From Methanomicrobiales archaeon (GTDB lineage: Archaea; Halobacteriota; Methanomicrobia; Methanomicrobiales; JACTUA01): DNA of 64,000 nt. The first letter of the stretch is position 1. Each line of letters begins with the position of its first letter. A program made the translations under genes and the position numbers. This document shows positions 35,337 to 45,099 of the stretch, in pieces. The DNA is taken from contig DATKMC010000028.1 of assembly GCA_035542115.1 (NCBI GenBank), forward strand, positions 2,251 through 66,250, in the 5' to 3' direction. Below the pieces are notes generated by a model, which was not told the origin of the DNA, did not search any database, and worked only from the letters and a program-made list of their open reading frames with translations.

Positions 35337-38300
35337 TCACTCGATCTTGATCATGACCTTTACCGGAGTAACCTCGACCGGGATGGATTTTTCATCATAA
35401 CCACCCTTCGATCCACTCGCCTTTACCGTAATGATGTAATGACCGGCTGACCATCCCACGGGATAGTTCGTGGCCAGAGGATAGGTACCCGCCGCGAGGG
35501 CCGTCGGATAGCTCGCAAACTGGGTCTGAATGTTGGGAGTATCCGCCATCGCATACCAGAGGGTCTGGGACACGGTGCCCGCTCCGGTATAGGTGAGGTC
35601 CCACTGGAGAGGCAGCAGGTTGGTGATGCGGGGGGCGGTGCACCTGAGGTTCTGCACCGTGACATCATCCATGGTCATGCCGGAAACCGTCGGATTGCCG
35701 AGCACGGAGACGAATTTGTCCGGTATCTCCATGGTGCTCTGTTTGCCGTAGGAGTCCGTGAAGGTGAGGCCCGAACGGTTGTTGAAGATGGCCACGCTCC
35801 CCGTGGCGTTCATCTGGAGCTGGTACCTGGCCACCCAGATCTGACCGACGGTCACGGTCCCCACATTGAAGGTGAGGTTGCGGTCGTCCTTCCAGTCGGC
35901 CCTCTGGTCCACGGTGTGGAAGGGGACGATGTTGGGGTTATCGGCGGTTCCGGAGGAGTTCCAGCTCTTGATGGTGGTGGAATTCCCCGGGTCATAGACA
36001 TAGCTGAAGATGGGCTGGTCGAGGGTGTTCGCCATGGGTACTCCGCTCACGGCCACCTCGTGGTGGTCGGCGGTCATGGTGATGCCCACGCCGGCCTTGT
36101 CCCTGAGCGACCCGGCGATATCCTGATAGAGCTGGACGAGATCGGTTCCGGTCGTCTTCTGGGAGTATGTGCCCCCGGTGGCATCTGCCAGGATCTGCAG
36201 GGCCTGAAGATGGGTGGCGGTCATGTCCGCGTTCGGGATCTGGTTCGCGTAGGCGATGGTGTAGAGCCGGATGTTGTTGTCCTTTGCATAGATGGACATG
36301 TTCTGCACGGAAAACTCGCCATCCTTGCAGAGCTTTGTCTGGTATTTCGTGGCGGAGGAGGATGGCACGCAATCCGCGTAACCCGGGCAATTCCATGCAC
36401 TGCTCCCGTCCTTGGTGGGCAGGGGCTGCTTGTTCGTCGAGGGGTAGGTTGTGATGGTCCCTCCCCCTATCGCCGTGAAGTATTTGTAGCTCGTGTATTG
36501 GAACTCGCCCGCCAGGTCCCGGAAATACTCGTTATCCGCACTGGCATACCCCGGATGCCCACCGTTATACTGTTTCCACCCGCTGCTGTAGTAATCCCTG
36601 GTGTCCGGGTAGCCGGTCCCCTTTGCAAGAGGGGTTCCATCATGATTCCAGCCGCCGTCGGTCATCACGACGACCGCCTTCACAGTCTTCGGGTCGGTCG
36701 AACCCGCCTCGGTCAGGTGCTTGATGGCCAGGTACACGGCCTTCCGGAGGTTTGTGGCGTAGGCCATGGTTGACTGAGGGTTCGTGTTATCGATGGAGGT
36801 GTTGATGGCGTCGAAGTTGTTGGTGAGCGGCACGGGATCCAATGGATCGGTTCCGAACTTGAGAAAGGCAACCTTGTCCGTCGCCTTATTGAGGCTCCCC
36901 ACGAAGGCCTTGGCCGCCTGTTTTGCCCAGTAGATCCTTGATTTCCCCTGCATGTCCGTGGTCAGCATCGAGGCCGACTGGTCCATGACGATCACGACAT
37001 TGACGGGCTCCGGCTGAAGGGTAACGCCGTCACCGGTGATGGTGATGGTGACGTTCACGATCCCGCCACGGGGGACTGAGTCGGGGGTCACATTCGACAC
37101 GACCGAGACGTAGTTGTAGTTCCTGTAGCTGAGGTTGACCTCCTTTGTCTTCTGATCACAGGTTGCCCGGACGATGACCTTCCCCGTCTCGGCGGCATTA
37201 TACCCGGGAGAGCTCTTGTCGGTGGTGAAAGCGCCGGGGTAGAACTGCAGCGTGGCGTACCCGGAGGGATCGGTTACCACCGGGATCTCTGTGAAGAGGG
37301 CGCTCGTCGTGCTGGCGCCATACGTGAGGTTGGGGAGCTGCGTGAGGATGGTGGTGCCGTTCGTCATGCTGATAAACCGGAAATTGACTGTCTGCCCGGG
37401 CACCGGATTTCCCAGGTTATCGACCACCTGCCCCTTGACATTCGAGACGCTCTTACCGTTGATATCGAGGCTGGCCATGGACTGCGGGTCTGCCGTGAGC
37501 ACCAGGTCATTCTCCGGGATCACGAACTCAACGGTCACGGAAGAGTTGACGGCCGGGTTGTCCAGTACCGTTGCATTGATCAGGGCGATCCCCGGGTTCG
37601 TCGCGGGTCCATAGATGATCTGGGCCAGGCCCTTTTCATTGGTGGTGATATTCATGCTCTCTCCGGTCGAGGTGTTGACATGGATCACGCGGTTCGCCGA
37701 ACCCCCCCCGAGATTGTCAGAGAGGAGGTAGGTGATGGTGAACTTTGAGATCCCATCGGCCGGCTGCCGGGGGGGTGACCTGTCGGGAGAGATGCTCTCC
37801 GTGATGGAGGTTGGCTCTCCGCTGTATACGCCGGTGATGGAGATGATACTGGGGGATACAGGTGCCGGGGGCATGCACCCGATGTAGTTTGGTCCCTCCG
37901 CGGCGACCAGGTACTGGACATCGACGTAACCGGATTCATTCACCGGCACTGTGATGGACTTCACCCAGGAGGCACCGGAGAGAAATCCGGAGCCATCACC
38001 GGCAGAGGCGTCGAACCGCACCTGCTCGACGGTTTTCCGGTTGTCTACCGGGTTCCCGTACTTATCCCTGAGGAGGACAGCGACGTGGGTCGACGTCTGC
38101 ACCTGAACCTTCCCATTATAGGAGGCCGTAATGTACGAGGGGGTGCCATGGTCAATGGGCTGGCTGAGTTGAGCGGCCGTGCTGTAGTTCTGGTATCCCC
38201 AGGTCTCGGTGTCGATCATGGCCCATGCGGTCACCGTGATATCGGCGGTGCCGCTCTTCGTCGTTGCCTTGAGGGTCGTGGTCGCCACTCCATCCTTGTC

Positions 38301-38549
38301 CGTGAGGAGGAAGGAATCCTTCAGCTCCCACGCCGGACCAACCGAAAAGGACACATTGGCCCCCTCCAGGGGTTCCCCGGCGAACTCCCCGGTACCGCGG
38401 GTTACGGTCGCCGTGATGATGGCCGCGTCCTTGCCGTCCGCCACCATCCATGCATGGTCGCTTGCGACCGAGACCTCAATGGGGTATGCGGCCGCTGCAG
38501 CCGCCCCCAGTGCGAAGGCCACGAGCATGATCAGGATGACGATTCTCAC
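35337..38549 (-). CDS. Large secreted protein with several Big (invasin/intimin-like Ig) domains and a von Willebrand factor A domain
   Basis: 1070 aa with a signal peptide (ILIMLVAFALGAAAAAA). Big_1-like repeats (ADGKDAAIITATV...TDKDGVATTTLKATTKSGTADITVTA). vWA MIDAS motif VVIVMDQSASM. GTG start preceded by GGGGGATGA. Visibly lower GC than its neighbours. Confidence 0.8.
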   Translation of the reverse strand: MRIVILIMLVAFALGAAAAAAYPIEVSVASDHAWMVADGKDAAIITATVTRGTGEFAGEPLEGANVSFSVGPAWELKDSFLLTDKDGVATTTLKATTKSGTADITVTAWAMIDTETWGYQNYSTAAQLSQPIDHGTPSYITASYNGKVQVQTSTHVAVLLRDKYGNPVDNRKTVEQVRFDASAGDGSGFLSGASWVKSITVPVNESGYVDVQYLVAAEGPNYIGCMPPAPVSPSIISITGVYSGEPTSITESISPDRSPPRQPADGISKFTITYLLSDNLGGGSANRVIHVNTSTGESMNITTNEKGLAQIIYGPATNPGIALINATVLDNPAVNSSVTVEFVIPENDLVLTADPQSMASLDINGKSVSNVKGQVVDNLGNPVPGQTVNFRFISMTNGTTILTQLPNLTYGASTTSALFTEIPVVTDPSGYATLQFYPGAFTTDKSSPGYNAAETGKVIVRATCDQKTKEVNLSYRNYNYVSVVSNVTPDSVPRGGIVNVTITITGDGVTLQPEPVNVVIVMDQSASMLTTDMQGKSRIYWAKQAAKAFVGSLNKATDKVAFLKFGTDPLDPVPLTNNFDAINTSIDNTNPQSTMAYATNLRKAVYLAIKHLTEAGSTDPKTVKAVVVMTDGGWNHDGTPLAKGTGYPDTRDYYSSGWKQYNGGHPGYASADNEYFRDLAGEFQYTSYKYFTAIGGGTITTYPSTNKQPLPTKDGSSAWNCPGYADCVPSSSATKYQTKLCKDGEFSVQNMSIYAKDNNIRLYTIAYANQIPNADMTATHLQALQILADATGGTYSQKTTGTDLVQLYQDIAGSLRDKAGVGITMTADHHEVAVSGVPMANTLDQPIFSYVYDPGNSTTIKSWNSSGTADNPNIVPFHTVDQRADWKDDRNLTFNVGTVTVGQIWVARYQLQMNATGSVAIFNNRSGLTFTDSYGKQSTMEIPDKFVSVLGNPTVSGMTMDDVTVQNLRCTAPRITNLLPLQWDLTYTGAGTVSQTLWYAMADTPNIQTQFASYPTALAAGTYPLATNYPVGWSAGHYIITVKASGSKGGYDEKSIPVEVTPVKVMIKIE

Positions 38550-38840
38550 AGTTTCATCCCCCTTTCCTTGATAATTTAGTTATAAGCAATAGTATATCAA
38601 TATTTCTATTGCCAGATTCGGCCTATAATTTTTATGTTCATTATTTCATCGCCCAATATAGTGTTAAATGTAGATCTTATCTCTATAACACATTAATCTT
38701 ACAAACAGAATTGATTTATTTAATATTATATATGCAATCCACCATACCATGGAAATAAAGTGGAAATCATTGATTTCTCAAGAGGAATCCTTATAAAGTA
38801 TAACTGGGCTCAAGGTCCTTCAGGCGAAAAATGATCCAGG
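38550..38840 (-). promoter_or_regulatory. Extended AT-rich upstream region of the vWA protein gene (TATA-like boxes, palindrome)
   Basis: About 27% GC by count of 38581-38640, versus about 66% overall. TATA-like CTTATAACTAAATTATC (coding-strand sense) lies 30-40 nt upstream of the GTG. 15-nt palindrome GAAATCATTGATTTC at 38762-38776. Confidence 0.55.
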
Positions 38841-39261
38841 ACTCATGGCCTTCAGCGGGATTCCTGCGAGGAACTGCCTGCCCGAGGCGCCTTCACCCTC
38901 CCCATGCGCAGGCCTCTCCATCATCGCCGGGTCCCCTTCGGATATCCCGGGCGCGCAAAGGCTCTCCCGGATTTCAGCAAGGATTGCAGGATCCTTGATG
39001 GCCGGGGGAGGGGCCTGGCCTCTCTATCGGCGATCTTCTTCGGGATGCCCGGGGATCTTTCACGAAGGGGTCCGGGGGAGCCGTTTCACCATGTTCTGTC
39101 CTCCGGAAGGAAAGGATGGGCCGATCTGTTGGACGAGCCGGTTCACTCCCGGCGTGAGAACGATGAACCCGACTGGAGGCCCTGTTCTCGTACCTCACCA
39201 TGGTGACGCGGGGTTTTTCTCCTCTCTTCCGGATTCGTGCACCGGTGAAGATCCGGGCACC

Positions 39262-39753
39262 TCAGATATGGCAGCCCCGGAACCCGTGCTTCTCGAAGTA
39301 GCGTTGGTGGTACTCCTCTGCCCGCCAGAAGGTCGATGCGGGGGTGATCTCGGTCGCAATCGGCCTGTTCCCGAACTGCCCTGATCGCTCCAGCGCCTCC
39401 CTGGAGGCCTCTGCCGCCGCCCTCTGCGCAGGGGTGTGGTAAAAGATGGCCGACCGGTAGTTCGTCCCAATGTCCGGCCCCTGACGGGACACCTGGGTGG
39501 GGTCATGGATGGACCAGAAGACCCCCAGGAGCTCATGGTACGTGACCTTCGAAGGGTCGAAGGTCATTTCCACTGCCTCTGCATGGCCCGTCGTGCCGGA
39601 ACAGACCTGCTCGTAGGTCGGGTGCCCCTTCTTCCCGCCGGTGTATCCTACTGCGGTATCGACGACGCCCTCCACCTGTCGGAAGGAGGCCTCGACACCC
39701 CAGAAGCAGCCGGCCGCGAAGGTCGCCTTCTCGAGCTTATTCTCACCAGCCAT
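39262..39753 (-). CDS. msrA: Peptide-methionine (S)-S-oxide reductase
   Basis: [12 protein letters not shown] active-site motif, GYTGG and EYHQ(R)YF. Start set at the internal ATG 39753. Confidence 0.9.
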   Translation of the reverse strand: MAGENKLEKATFAAGCFWGVEASFRQVEGVVDTAVGYTGGKKGHPTYEQVCSGTTGHAEAVEMTFDPSKVTYHELLGVFWSIHDPTQVSRQGPDIGTNYRSAIFYHTPAQRAAAEASREALERSGQFGNRPIATEITPASTFWRAEEYHQRYFEKHGFRGCHI

Positions 39754-40039
39754 GAGGATCGGCTTTGCACAGGAGAGCTCATGAAGGTGACGGGTGTTTT
39801 TCAAAAACCATGCAATGAGATATCTGGATCCTCCGGGGCAGGCTGATAGAGACGTCATCGGGATTCCGGCCTGGCAATTCAGCTGACCAATGAATATACG
39901 GGCAAACCATACCATGCATTATTTGGAGAGGATCAAAGATCCATCGTGGGCGGAGCCTCCCAGGATCCTGATGACGAAGATCGGAAATTCGAAGGAACTC
40001 CCGGCCCGGCTCGGAAAAGGAGCCGGCTCCTGAAACGTC

Positions 40040-40050
40040 GGAAAAAAGAT
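40040..40050 (-). terminator. Oligo-T tract after pan
   Basis: A6 on the + strand (40042-40047), i.e. T6 on the coding strand, about 20 nt after the stop at 40066. A GAGCCGG/CCGGCTC hairpin lies nearby. Confidence 0.45.
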
Positions 40051-40065
40051 GATTGATCCTGAGTG

Positions 40066-41304
40066 TTACGCGAACATGGCGCCGTAGGAGGTGGTGAGCT
40101 GGTGCTTGGAAAAGTCGGTGCTCACCTTCTCGATGGCGGCCATGAAGTCGGGCTGGGTCACGGTGGTCCGGTCGGCCCGGATGGCAAACATCCCTGCTTC
40201 GGTGCAGATGGCCTTCAGGTCCGCCCCGTTTTTCCCCTCGGTCGCCCGGGCGATCTCCTTCAGGTTCACCGACTTGTCCAGGTTCATGCCCTTGGTATGG
40301 ATGGCGAGGATGGCGAACCGGCCGTCGGCATCAGGGAGCGGGATCTCGATGATCCGGTCGAACCGTCCGGGTCGGAGGAGGGCCCGGTCAAGGATGTCGA
40401 TCCGGTTCGTGGCCCCGATAATCTTCACGTCGCCCCTGCGGTCGAAGCCGTCCATCCCCGCGAGGAGCTGCATGAGTGTCCGCTGGACCTCCCGGTCCCC
40501 CGAGGTATCGGCGTCCATGCGCTGGGCCCCGATGGCATCGATCTCGTCGATGAAGAGGATGGAAGGGGCCTTCTTCTGGGCGAGGTCGAAGAGCTCCCGG
40601 ACGAGCCGGGCTCCCTCGCCGATGTACTTCTGGACGAGCTCCGAGCCCACCACCCGGAGGAAGTGGGCGTTCGTCTCGTGGGCGACGGCCTTCGCGAGGA
40701 GGGTCTTCCCCGTCCCCGGCGGGCCGTAGAGGAGGACCCCTTTCGGAGGGTCGATCCCGACCTCCTTGAAGAGGTTGGGCTTCTTCAGGGGGAGCTCCAC
40801 CGCCTCCTTGATTTCGACGATTTGCTTCTCCAGGCCCCCGATGTCCGCGTAGGTCTCGGCCGGGGACTCCACGAGCTCCATCCCGTAGATGGCTGCGTCG
40901 TAGCTCGCGGGGAGAATCTCCACGATGGCGAGGGACTGCTGGTTCAGGGAGCACCGGACGCCCGGCTTCAGCTGGTCTGGCTCGATGCACTGGGAGGTCC
41001 GGACGAGGAACCTCGGGCCGGATGAGGACCGGACGATGACCCGGTTCGCGTCCACCACGTCGGTGATGGTTCCGATCACGAGGGGCGGGCTCCGGAGCTG
41101 TTCGATCTCGCTCTTGAGCTTCCGGACGTCACGCTCATAGCGGATCTTCTGAGTTTCGGTATACCGCTTCTCCACCTCGAGCTGCCGGAGCTGCTCCCTG
41201 AGCTCCAGGTTCCGGTTCTCGAGCTGGGAGATCTTCTCCAGCAGGTACTTGTATATCTCTTCGTTATTCGGAGGATCCTGGCCCTGCCAGGTGGTTTCGC
41301 CCAT
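40066..41304 (-). CDS. pan: Proteasome-activating nucleotidase (AAA+ ATPase)
   Basis: N-terminal coiled coil. Walker A GPPGTGKT, Walker B ILFIDEID, and second region of homology. ATG 41304 is preferred over the TTG at 41316. Confidence 0.9.
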   Translation of the reverse strand: MGETTWQGQDPPNNEEIYKYLLEKISQLENRNLELREQLRQLEVEKRYTETQKIRYERDVRKLKSEIEQLRSPPLVIGTITDVVDANRVIVRSSSGPRFLVRTSQCIEPDQLKPGVRCSLNQQSLAIVEILPASYDAAIYGMELVESPAETYADIGGLEKQIVEIKEAVELPLKKPNLFKEVGIDPPKGVLLYGPPGTGKTLLAKAVAHETNAHFLRVVGSELVQKYIGEGARLVRELFDLAQKKAPSILFIDEIDAIGAQRMDADTSGDREVQRTLMQLLAGMDGFDRRGDVKIIGATNRIDILDRALLRPGRFDRIIEIPLPDADGRFAILAIHTKGMNLDKSVNLKEIARATEGKNGADLKAICTEAGMFAIRADRTTVTQPDFMAAIEKVSTDFSKHQLTTSYGAMFA

Positions 41305-41316
41305 CGGGTTCCTCAA

Positions 41317-41359
41317 TTAAGTATATAGGATGTGACTATAAAGATGTTTTCGAGACCAT
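41317..41359. promoter_or_regulatory. Compact bidirectional promoter with two back-to-back TATA boxes (pan / mbf1)
   Basis: TATA-like GTATATAGG (41321-41329, serving the minus strand) and ACTATAAAG (41335-41343, plus strand). Each is centred about 21 nt from its ATG (41304 and 41360), which implies leaderless or near-leaderless mRNAs. Confidence 0.55.
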
Positions 41360-41857
41360 ATGCAGTGCGAATTGTGCGGCGGAGAGATCCGCGGCGCCCC
41401 CCGGGTCGTCCATATTGAGGGGGCCGAGCTCCGGGTCTGTATCCCCTGCTCGAAGTACGGGACCGAGGTGCAGAAGCCCCGGGCCTCCACCGGTGCGCCT
41501 GCAGCGGCCCCGAGGAGGGCAGGGGCTCCTCCGGCTCCCCAGCCGGTCCAGAGGAGGAGGCGGGACCTCTTCGACCGGATGGAGGGGGATCTCGCCGAGG
41601 ACTACGCCGACCGGATCCGGCGGGCCCGGATGGCAAAGGGCTGGACCGAGAAGCAGCTTGCCCTCGAGATCATGGAGCGGGAGCTCCTCATCAAGAAGGT
41701 CGAGAGGGGCGACCTCGTCCCCGAGGAGGAGCTCAGGAAGAAGCTCGAGGAGGTCCTCGGCATCTCCCTCATCGAGTCGGTGGAGAAGGAGGTGAAGTCC
41801 CCGAAGGGGAAGGGGATGACCACCACCCTCGGGGATATCATATCGCTCAAAAAATAA
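41360..41857 (+). CDS. mbf1: Archaeal multiprotein bridging factor 1 (aMBF1): zinc ribbon + HTH
   Basis: N-terminal CELCG...CIPC zinc ribbon. C-terminal cro/C1-type HTH (IRRARMAKGWTEKQLA). Confidence 0.85.
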   Translation: MQCELCGGEIRGAPRVVHIEGAELRVCIPCSKYGTEVQKPRASTGAPAAAPRRAGAPPAPQPVQRRRRDLFDRMEGDLAEDYADRIRRARMAKGWTEKQLALEIMERELLIKKVERGDLVPEEELRKKLEEVLGISLIESVEKEVKSPKGKGMTTTLGDIISLKK

Positions 41858-41864
41858 TCCGGAA

Positions 41865-41900
41865 TATTTTTCTCTCGCTCTCTGTTTTCTTTTCTCTTGT
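41865..41900 (+). terminator. T-rich terminator region after mbf1
   Basis: T5 at 41867-41871 and T4 runs at 41885-41888 and 41890-41893, directly after the stop at 41857. Confidence 0.55.
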
Positions 41901-42102
41901 TCTATCGGACCCTTCTGGTGACATTATGGACGCTCCCGGGGGCTCGTCCAGATTATCACCTTACCAGTTTATTCGGCTTTAAGGTGGGAAAGTTCTCTGA
42001 AAGGTGTGGAAAGGTATCGCAATGTCGGGACTGTCCGGGCGGCCGGGTGGGCCCCGGGAGCGGTCAGAAGGATCAGGATTGAAAAAGAGGCTCAGATGTC
42101 CT

Positions 42103-44208
42103 TCACATCTTCGCCTTTATCTCCTCTTTCATCTTCTCGGTGTCGGGGTCGAACTCGAGGGCGAGGGACCGCTCGTACGAAGCGACGGCATCCGAAAGTT
42201 TCCCGAGGAACTGGAGGAAGAGCCCCCTTGACCGCCAGGCCATGGCGAACTTCGGGTTGAGGGCGATGGCCTTGTCGATGTCCCGCATGGCCTCGTTGAA
42301 GTCCCGGAGGATCCCGTGCACGCACCCCTTGCTGTGCCAGAACTCGGGGACCATGTCATCGATCTCCACCGCCTTGTTAAAGGACATGAGGGACTTCTCG
42401 TACTTCTTCAGACCGAGGAAGGCCACCCCCCGGTTGTAGTACGCCTCGGCGTTCCGGGGGTCGACCTCGAGGACCTGGTCGAAGGCCTTCACAGCCTCCT
42501 CGAACTCGCTCTGGTTGAGCAGGGTGATCCCGAGGTTGAACCAGGCGTTCGCGTCTCGGGGTTTCAGGGTGAGGGCATGCTCATAGGAGTGGATGGCCTC
42601 GTTGAACCTGCCCATGATGTCGAGCACGATCCCCTTCCTCACCCAGATGTCCGGGTTTTCGGGTTCGAGCTGGAGGGCCCGGTCAAAGACCGAGGCGGCC
42701 TCCACCGGCCGGTCGAGCATGGCGAGGGCCCGGCCCTTCCCCACGAGGGCGGGCGGGTTCGCGGGGGCCATCCCGAGGGCATTGTCGTACGCCGAGAGAG
42801 CCCCCTCGTAGTTGCCGGCGGTCGTCATGGCGTCCCCTGCCCTGGTGTATGCCTCGGACAGCCGCCCGTCGCGGATCTCCGGGTGGTCCCGGACCGCCCC
42901 GTCCAGGGCGACGGCCGCATCCTCCGCCCGACCGAGGCCGACGAGGACGAGGGTCCGCTTCAGCCAGGTGCCGGTGTCCTTCGGGTTCAGCTGCACGAGC
43001 CGGTCCAGGCCTGCGAGGGACTCATCCTGCCTCCCGAGGGCCGAGAGGGCCTCGCTCCTCCTGAGGAGGATGTCGGCCTCCTCGGGCTCCACCTCGAGCA
43101 CCCTGTCGAAGTACCGGATGGCCTCCACGGGCTCGTCCTGCGAGAGGAGGAAGAGCCCCTGATCCCGCCACTGGTTCATGTTGAACTGGACGAAGGCGAT
43201 GCACCGGTCGATGGCCCCCTGGAGGGGTCCGGCGAGGGAAGGGTCGAGCTCCCGGGCCTTCACGTAAGACTCGAGGGCCTCCTTGTACCTGCCCGAGAGG
43301 ACGTAGATGTCCCCCTTACCCTGGAAGACGGAGGCGTCCGAGGGGTTGATGGCGAGGGCCCGGTCGAAGCTCGCGAGGGCCTCGTCGTACCGGCCGAGGA
43401 TCTTCAGGGCGACGCCCTTCCCGAACCAGGCGTTCGGATCGCCGGGGTCGAGGGCGATGGCCTCGTCCATGACCCTGAGGGCTCCCTCGTAGTCCCCCAT
43501 CTTGATGAGGAGGATTCCCTTGCTCGTCATGCCCGGGAGGAGGCGGGGGGAGATCTCGAGGGCCCGGTCATAGGCGGTGAGGGCCTGGTCCTTCTGGTCC
43601 ATCGTCGCGAGGGCGAGGCCCTTGTGGAGCCAGGCTTCGGCGTTCGCCGGGTTCAGGGCGAGGGCCTTCTCGAAGAGCTCGATGGCCTCCCTCGCCCTGC
43701 CCATGATGGCCAGAGCCTTCCCCTTCTGGACCCAGGCGATGGTGTTCCGGAAGTCCATGTCAAGGACCCGGTCGAAGCACCTGACCCCCTCCTCATGCCT
43801 GCCGGTCTTCACGAGGGCGATCCCCCGGTTCAGGAGGGCCGTGACGTCGGTGGGATCGATCTCGAGGGCCCGGTCAAAGGACAGGATGGCGTCCTCGACC
43901 CTCCCGAGGTATATCTCGGTGATGCCCTTGTTCCTGAGGACGAGGGTGTTCCCCGGGTCGAGCTTCAGGGCCTCGTCGAAGGCGGTATGGGCTTCCTCGT
44001 ACTTCCCGAGGACAGCGAGGGTGCCCCCCTTGTTCAGCCAGGCCGTCGGGGAGGCGGGATCGGCCTGGAGGGCGGCGTTGAACTTGTTCAGGGCATCGGC
44101 GTACTTCCCCCTCGTATAGAGCTCGGTCCCCTCGGCCACGAGCTCCTCGGAGTCGCCGGATCCCCCGAAGATACTCCACTTCTCGTCGTCCTCCCCTGCC
44201 CCGGTCAT
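42103..44208 (-). CDS. Tetratricopeptide repeat (TPR) protein, about 18-19 repeats
   Basis: 701 aa of consecutive 34-aa units with the TPR consensus (W..KG.AL..LGRY.EA...FD.AL.L.P). Confidence 0.85.
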   Translation of the reverse strand: MTGAGEDDEKWSIFGGSGDSEELVAEGTELYTRGKYADALNKFNAALQADPASPTAWLNKGGTLAVLGKYEEAHTAFDEALKLDPGNTLVLRNKGITEIYLGRVEDAILSFDRALEIDPTDVTALLNRGIALVKTGRHEEGVRCFDRVLDMDFRNTIAWVQKGKALAIMGRAREAIELFEKALALNPANAEAWLHKGLALATMDQKDQALTAYDRALEISPRLLPGMTSKGILLIKMGDYEGALRVMDEAIALDPGDPNAWFGKGVALKILGRYDEALASFDRALAINPSDASVFQGKGDIYVLSGRYKEALESYVKARELDPSLAGPLQGAIDRCIAFVQFNMNQWRDQGLFLLSQDEPVEAIRYFDRVLEVEPEEADILLRRSEALSALGRQDESLAGLDRLVQLNPKDTGTWLKRTLVLVGLGRAEDAAVALDGAVRDHPEIRDGRLSEAYTRAGDAMTTAGNYEGALSAYDNALGMAPANPPALVGKGRALAMLDRPVEAASVFDRALQLEPENPDIWVRKGIVLDIMGRFNEAIHSYEHALTLKPRDANAWFNLGITLLNQSEFEEAVKAFDQVLEVDPRNAEAYYNRGVAFLGLKKYEKSLMSFNKAVEIDDMVPEFWHSKGCVHGILRDFNEAMRDIDKAIALNPKFAMAWRSRGLFLQFLGKLSDAVASYERSLALEFDPDTEKMKEEIKAKM

Positions 44209-44364
44209 GGACGCAGGTACCCTCCCTGGACCCCATGGGACGATGCGAGAAAGAGGATCCCCTCCTCATCCGAAGAACGCACCATTTCTTGGTAAGAACG
44301 GAAAAAACCCGTCATTCCTGTTCCGCCAAGGCGGAGAAAGCCCCTCATACATAGGTGATCGCAC

Positions 44365-44378
44365 TCTTTTATATAGTT
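44365..44378 (+). promoter_or_regulatory. TATA box for tpiA
   Basis: TTTTATATAG at 44367-44376, about 35 nt upstream of ATG 44410. SD-like AGGAGG at 44396-44401. Confidence 0.5.
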
Positions 44379-44409
44379 CGCGCTGATTCGTGATCAGGAG
44401 GAGAACCGT

Positions 44410-45099
44410 ATGGCAGAACCCTTCATCCTCGTCAACTGCAAGGCCCTTTCCGAGGGCATGGGGAACCGTGCGCACCTCATCGCCGAGGCGGCGGAGGTGG
44501 TGTCGGAGGAGAGCGGCGTCCGGATCGGGATGGCCCCGGTGTACACCGAGATCCACCCCATCTCGCACCACTTCCGGATACCGGTCTTCGCCCAGCACAT
44601 CGACGGGGTGCCGCCGGGGGCGTACACCGGCCATGTCACCGCCGCTGCCGTCCGGCATGCCGGGGCCGTGGGGACCCTCATCAACCACTCCGAGCGGCGG
44701 CTCACCCTTGCGGGGATCGAGGCGGCCGTGAAGGCCGCCCGGGAGGCCCGGCTCGAGTCGGTGGTCTGCACGAATAACGACCCCACGACGGCGGCCGCCG
44801 CCGCCCTCGGGCCGGACTACGTTGCCGTGGAGCCCCCCGAGCTCATCGGGAGCGGGGTCTCGGTCTGCAAGGCCGACCCCGGGATCATCCGGCGGTCGGT
44901 GGAGGCAGCCCGGAAGGTAGCTCCGGGGATACAGGTGCTTACCGGGGCTGGGATCCAGACGGGTGAGTGCGTGAAGATTGCCCTCGACCTCGGGACGACC
45001 GGGGTCCTCCTCGCCTCGAGCGTGGTGAAGGCACCGGACCCGGAGAAGGTGCTCAGGGACCTCGTTTCCCTGGTGAAGGTCACGAAAAAAGGGGGATGA
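44410..45099 (+). CDS. tpiA: Triosephosphate isomerase (archaeal short form)
   Basis: [17 protein letters not shown] and GAGI motifs. 229 aa. Confidence 0.9.
   Translation: MAEPFILVNCKALSEGMGNRAHLIAEAAEVVSEESGVRIGMAPVYTEIHPISHHFRIPVFAQHIDGVPPGAYTGHVTAAAVRHAGAVGTLINHSERRLTLAGIEAAVKAAREARLESVVCTNNDPTTAAAAALGPDYVAVEPPELIGSGVSVCKADPGIIRRSVEAARKVAPGIQVLTGAGIQTGECVKIALDLGTTGVLLASSVVKAPDPEKVLRDLVSLVKVTKKGG

Noticed and set aside
38740-38780. Replication origin (ORB-like AGTGGAAAT words inside an AT-rich DUE-like tract).
   Set aside because: Only a 9-nt resemblance to the archaeal mini-ORB core. No inverted ORB pair flanks the tract and there is no orc1/cdc6 gene within the 64 kb. A promoter or insertion-border explanation is simpler.
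38845-39384. 179-aa + strand ORF between the AT-rich tract and msrA.
   Set aside because: Arg/Pro/Gly/Ser-rich translation. Its last third is antisense to the well-supported msrA gene, and there is no start context.
39965-40035. C/D-box sRNA candidate: UGAUGA at about 39969 and CUGA at about 40030.
   Set aside because: No internal D' or C' boxes, no terminal complementary stem, and the spacing is atypical.
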